DNA of 39,119 nucleotides from Myxococcota bacterium (GTDB lineage Bacteria; Myxococcota; JACRCW01): NCBI GenBank assembly GCA_040752415.1, contig JBFMGU010000084.1, positions 1 to 39,119 of the forward strand, read 5' to 3'. Shown piece by piece: positions 35,539 to 39,119 of this stretch (position 1 is its first letter; each line of letters starts with the position of its first letter). The notes under the pieces were generated by a model. It saw only the letters and a program-made list of their open reading frames with translations, ran no database searches and was not told where the DNA came from. The position numbers and the translations under genes were made by a program.

Positions 35539-35555
35539 TTTGAGGAAGTTTGAGG
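35539..35555 (+). promoter_or_regulatory. Direct repeat TTTGAGG x2 with 10-bp period in the intergenic region
   Basis: TTTGAGG at 35539-35545 and 35549-35555, upstream of the 35615 gene. A binding-site role is speculative. Confidence 0.25.
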
Positions 35556-35614
35556 TGCGGGTCCCGGTGCGCAGAGCCTAGCTATGACGACGTGCAGACC
35601 GTGCGGGAGGGGAC

Positions 35615-36457
35615 ATGCTGATGGCTCATCCTGGCATTCCCGCCGCCATGTTGCTGGTGCGCGCGCTGGCGGGTGAGGGCGCCGCGGCCAGTCCGGCGTC
35701 GTCGGTGGCGGTCTTCCCGCTGGAAGCGCGTACCGGCGTTGAGCAGGCCACCGCGGACCTGGTGACGCTGCGACTGGTGGAGGAAGTGCGCACGCGGAGC
35801 TCGTTCTCACGGGTGGTCAGCCCGCAAGAGCTCAGCCTGCTCATGCCGCGGGACGAGCAGAAGCAGCTGGTCCGGTGCGCCACCGACGAGTGCGCGCTCG
35901 TCGACACGGAGCTGGCTGGCGGGTTGGGAGTCACGCACATGCTGGTGGGAAGCGTGGGGCGCCTGGGCAACTCCTTCCTGGTGGCGTTGAAGGTGATGGA
36001 GCTGCGCACCGCTCGCGACGTGGGCTCGGTGGCGGAACGTTTCCAGGCAACTTCCGACGAGGTCCTGCTTGACGCGGTACGCCCTGCCACCGTGCTGCTG
36101 CTCCAGCGGTCTGGTCTCCTGGCGGACGCACGTGCGTCGTCGGGGATGGGGGCCGCGGCGCGGGGGTTGCTCCTGGGTGGGGCGTTGTGCGGCGCGGGCG
36201 GGGCGGTGCTGGTGGGATTGGCAGCGGCGGTTGGTGGGGGGACCGCAGCATTGGCCACGCTTCTCTCGCTGAACTGGCTGGCGGGTCGGACCGGGCTGTC
36301 CGTGCGCCCGCTGGTTCCCGGTGGCGGGACGTACACGCTGCTGTTCCGCGTGGCGCAGGCATCCGCGCTGGCAACCACGACGGGCCTTGCGTTGTCCCTG
36401 CCGCTCCTCGCCGTCGCGGCGGGATTGCTGGCGGCGAGCTGGGCCGTGCGCGAGTGA
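35615..36457 (+). CDS. Membrane-associated protein with a CsgG/TolB_N-like alpha/beta domain and a hydrophobic C-terminus
   Basis: GGGAGG RBS. VAVFPLEARTGV...FSRVVSPQEL...CATDECAL...LGVTHMLVGSVGRLGNSFLVALKVME. Two long Gly/Ala/Leu hydrophobic segments at the C-terminus. Confidence 0.65.
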   Translation: MLMAHPGIPAAMLLVRALAGEGAAASPASSVAVFPLEARTGVEQATADLVTLRLVEEVRTRSSFSRVVSPQELSLLMPRDEQKQLVRCATDECALVDTELAGGLGVTHMLVGSVGRLGNSFLVALKVMELRTARDVGSVAERFQATSDEVLLDAVRPATVLLLQRSGLLADARASSGMGAAARGLLLGGALCGAGGAVLVGLAAAVGGGTAALATLLSLNWLAGRTGLSVRPLVPGGGTYTLLFRVAQASALATTTGLALSLPLLAVAAGLLAASWAVRE

Positions 36458-36470
36458 TGCGGGAGCCGAG

Positions 36471-38151
36471 ATGAAGCTGAGGGCGTGGCGGGTCCTGGCG
36501 TGCGTGGCCCTGGCGGGCATGCTGGGCTGCGAGGGATGCATCTCCGGTGAAGCGCCGTGTAATGACCACGAGGATTGCGACGCCGCGGCCGGCTACGTGT
36601 GTGTGGAGGGATTCTGTCGTGCGGTGGCAGCGGCCGGCGCGGCGTCATCGAGTGGTGGCGGCGCCTCCAGTGCATCCTCCGCGCTGTCCTCGTCCTCGTC
36701 GTCGTCGACCGGAGGGACGTCCAGCAGCGGGACCACTTCGTCGTCCATGAGCTCCAGCAGCTCGTCTCTCGGCAGCACGTCTTCATCCGCCAGCGGCTCC
36801 TCCTCGAGCACCAGCTCAGCGCGCGCGTCGACCTCGACGGGGGGCACGGGGTCCAGCACTTCGTCGAGTTCATCGACAACGTCCTCCTCGTCGTCATCGA
36901 GCGGTACATCCACGTCCTCGGGAACGGTTGCTTCCACCTCCAGCTCATCCACGTCCTCTTCGAGCTCGAGCAGCTCCTCGTCGGGCTCCATCAGTTCCTC
37001 GAGCTCCGGCAGCTCGTCGGGGGCTGGCGGCGACACGTGTGTGGATGCGGCATGCGGCCTGCTCGTGCGGCCAGTGTGTGGCGCCAACGCAGCTCTCCCT
37101 TGGAGACGCCCACAGCTGTGCTCGCATGAGCAACGGCAGCGTGTGGTGTTGGGGGACGGACGTCGACGGTCGTTCGGGCCGCGCGGCAGGCACGCTCGCC
37201 GACGGAGTGGCGCACCAGGTTCGCGCTGCCAACGGGCAGGCGATGACGGGTTTTGTCGAGGTGGCGGCGGGTGGGAGCTTTACGTGCGCACGTCGTCACG
37301 ACGGCACGGTGTGGTGTTGGGGCGCCAATGACAGCGGGCAGCTCGGCGTCGCGGGCAGCGGCACCCATCGCCCGGTCATGGTGGAGGGCATCCAGGATGC
37401 CACCACGTTGGTTGCTGGCGGCGCGCACGCCTGCGCGGTCCTTTCCGACGACACCGTGGTGTGCTGGGGCGAGAACGGCAGCGGTCAGCTCGCCAACGGC
37501 GGCGCGGACCGCCCGACTCCGGTGGGTGTCGACGGAGTCACGGGTGTCGTCGACATCGTCTCGGGGGACGCGCACACGTGCGTGGTGTTGTCGGGGGGCG
37601 GCGTGAAGTGCTGGGGTGCGGCGGATGATCGTCTCGGCACTCCCACGCCCTCACAGGGCACGGTGGAAGACGTGGTGGGCGTGAACAACCCCCTGGCCAT
37701 CAGCGCACGCGGCCGACATACCTGCGTCATCGGCGCCGGTGACGAGGTGCCGTTCTGCTGGGGTCACAATGACTCCGGACAGCTCGGTGCCGACGTGGCC
37801 GCGGCCAGCACGTACTCCGCCACCAAGGTCAACGGCGTAGGCTCCACGCTCGTGCTCGCCTCCGGCGGTGGGCACAACTGCGCGCTCATCATCAACAACA
37901 CCGTCATGTGCTGGGGCCTCGCCGACAACGGTGAGCTGGGGGAGGGACACTCCGGTGTGCAGGCCACGCCTCGCCTGGTCTCCGGTGTCACCGCCCCGTC
38001 GGCGCTGGCGGCAGGCGGGCACCACACGTGCGCGCTGGTGGCGGGCAACCAGGTCAAGTGCTGGGGTGATGACGAGGTCGGCCAGTGTGGCGACGGCGCA
38101 CCCACGTCGGGCGCGGACGGCCAGATTGACACCGTGGTCTGGGAACCCTGA
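36471..38151 (+). pseudogene. RCC1-like repeat lipoprotein with a Ser-rich linker, frameshifted by a 7-bp duplication
   Basis: The frame starting at 36471 gives MKLRAWRVLACVALAGMLG|C plus a Ser-rich linker. The RCC1 repeats (HSCA...VWCWG.NDSGQLG) are in the +1 frame ending at 38151. ATGCGGC is tandemly duplicated at 37045-37058, and removing one copy fuses the frames into a 557-aa ORF. Confidence 0.8.
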
Positions 38152-38201
38152 CCGCCGGTGACGTCCCACGCGCTCTGCTAAAGAGCCCGCAAGGGAGCAC
38201 C

Positions 38202-38900
38202 ATGATCACCGTCCGACCGTCCCACCAGCGTGGACACAGCGACCTCGGTTGGCTGGGCAGCCACCACACCTTCTCGTTCTCCGAGTACTACGACCCCGCC
38301 TTCATGGGATTCCGCGTCCTGCGCGTCATCAATGACGACGTGGTGGCCCCGGGCACCGGCTTTGGCACGCACGGGCACCGTGACATGGAGATCATCTCCT
38401 ACGTGCTGGATGGCGCGCTGGAGCACAAGGACAGCCTGGGCACCGGCTCGGTCATCCGTCCTGGCGACGTGCAACGCATGAGCGCGGGCACCGGCGTCCG
38501 GCACAGCGAGTGGAACCACTCCGCCAAGGAGCCCGTCCACTTCCTGCAGATCTGGATCCTCCCGGAGCGCGCGGGCATCCCGCCCAGCTACGAGCAGAAG
38601 CGCTTTGACGACGCCACCCTGCGCTCCGGCCTCACCCTGGTGGCTTCCCCCGACGGGCGTGGTGGCTCCTTGAAGGTGCACCAGGACGTGGAGCTGCACG
38701 TGGCCAAGCCGGCGCAGGGGCAGTCCATGTCCCATGCGCTGCGCCCGGGACGTCACGCTTGGGTCCACGTGGCGCGTGGCGACGTGAGCCTCAATGGGAC
38801 ACGCCTGCGCACGGGTGATGGCGCCGCGGTCAGCAACGAGGAGCGGCTGGAGCTGCGCGCGGAGGGTGATTCGGAAGTGCTGGTGTTTGACCTGCCGTGA
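38202..38900 (+). CDS. Pirin family protein (YhhW-like cupin)
   Basis: RGHSDLGWLGSHHTFSFSEYYDP, GFGTHGHRDMEIISYVLDGALEHKDSLG, QRMSAGTGVRHSE and LQIWILP. A GGAG RBS is present. Confidence 0.95.
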   Translation: MITVRPSHQRGHSDLGWLGSHHTFSFSEYYDPAFMGFRVLRVINDDVVAPGTGFGTHGHRDMEIISYVLDGALEHKDSLGTGSVIRPGDVQRMSAGTGVRHSEWNHSAKEPVHFLQIWILPERAGIPPSYEQKRFDDATLRSGLTLVASPDGRGGSLKVHQDVELHVAKPAQGQSMSHALRPGRHAWVHVARGDVSLNGTRLRTGDGAAVSNEERLELRAEGDSEVLVFDLP

Positions 38901-38903
38901 CCC

Positions 38904-39119
38904 TCACCGCCGGCGACGACGAGCCAGCGCGAGGACGGCCAAAACGCCGAGCAACGACGTGGGCGCGGACTGACAGGACCGCGTCAACGGCATCGGCTCC
39001 GTCTCCTCGCCAGCATCCGGTGCCGCGCCGCCGTCATGCGTCGTGGGCGGGGGGGACGTGATCCACTTCCACGGCCAGCGCGTGGTGAACATCCCGTCCG
39101 ACGCCCGCCAATCCTCGAC
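38904..39119 (-). CDS. 3' end of a surface protein with a MYXO-CTERM-like sorting tail (partial)
   Basis: The frame is open to the window edge and ends ...PDAGEETEPMPLTRSCQSAPTSLLGVLAVLALARRRR* (Cys, hydrophobic helix, Arg cluster). Confidence 0.7.
   Translation of the reverse strand, partial: VEDWRASDGMFTTRWPWKWITSPPPTTHDGGAAPDAGEETEPMPLTRSCQSAPTSLLGVLAVLALARRRRR

Noticed and set aside
36593..37087. Acidic Glu/Asp/Leu-rich minus-strand ORF (also 3487-4008)
   Set aside because: This is the antisense reading of Ser-rich TCC/AGC/TCG linkers in the plus-strand lipoproteins.

Overview
High-GC window whose protein features (MYXO-CTERM-like tails, Cys-rich ETDVDCGG repeats, TraB-like OmpA protein) suggest Myxococcota; the taxonomy is an inference. 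It opens with a 5'-truncated beta-barrel/TSP3/OmpA gene carrying an internal MYXO-CTERM-like segment, followed by a coupled FecR-domain gene. The core is a ~28.7 kb co-directional, tightly packed eight-gene cluster (3524-32275) in which every product has an export signal. The cluster encodes two giant Cys-rich repeat lipoproteins (one with two fibrinogen-like domains), two small cohesin-like lipoproteins, a 2401-aa cohesin/LamG/TolB-like/Ig-repeat protein, a phage-fibre-like (Bdellovibrio MAT-like) protein, a 1724-aa protein whose C-terminal half resembles a Tc-toxin A-type channel region, and a Skp/OmpH-like lipoprotein. I read it as a candidate undescribed cell-surface adhesion or membrane-attack assembly built on non-cellulosomal cohesin-like modules. 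Downstream are an F420/NADP oxidoreductase-family gene, a STAND ATPase-TPR-wHTH regulator, a CsgG-like membrane protein, an RCC1-repeat lipoprotein frameshifted by a 7-bp tandem duplication, a pirin, and the 3' end of a MYXO-CTERM protein. I saw no RNA genes, CRISPR arrays or mobile elements. All domain calls are by-eye motif recognition; no searches were run.
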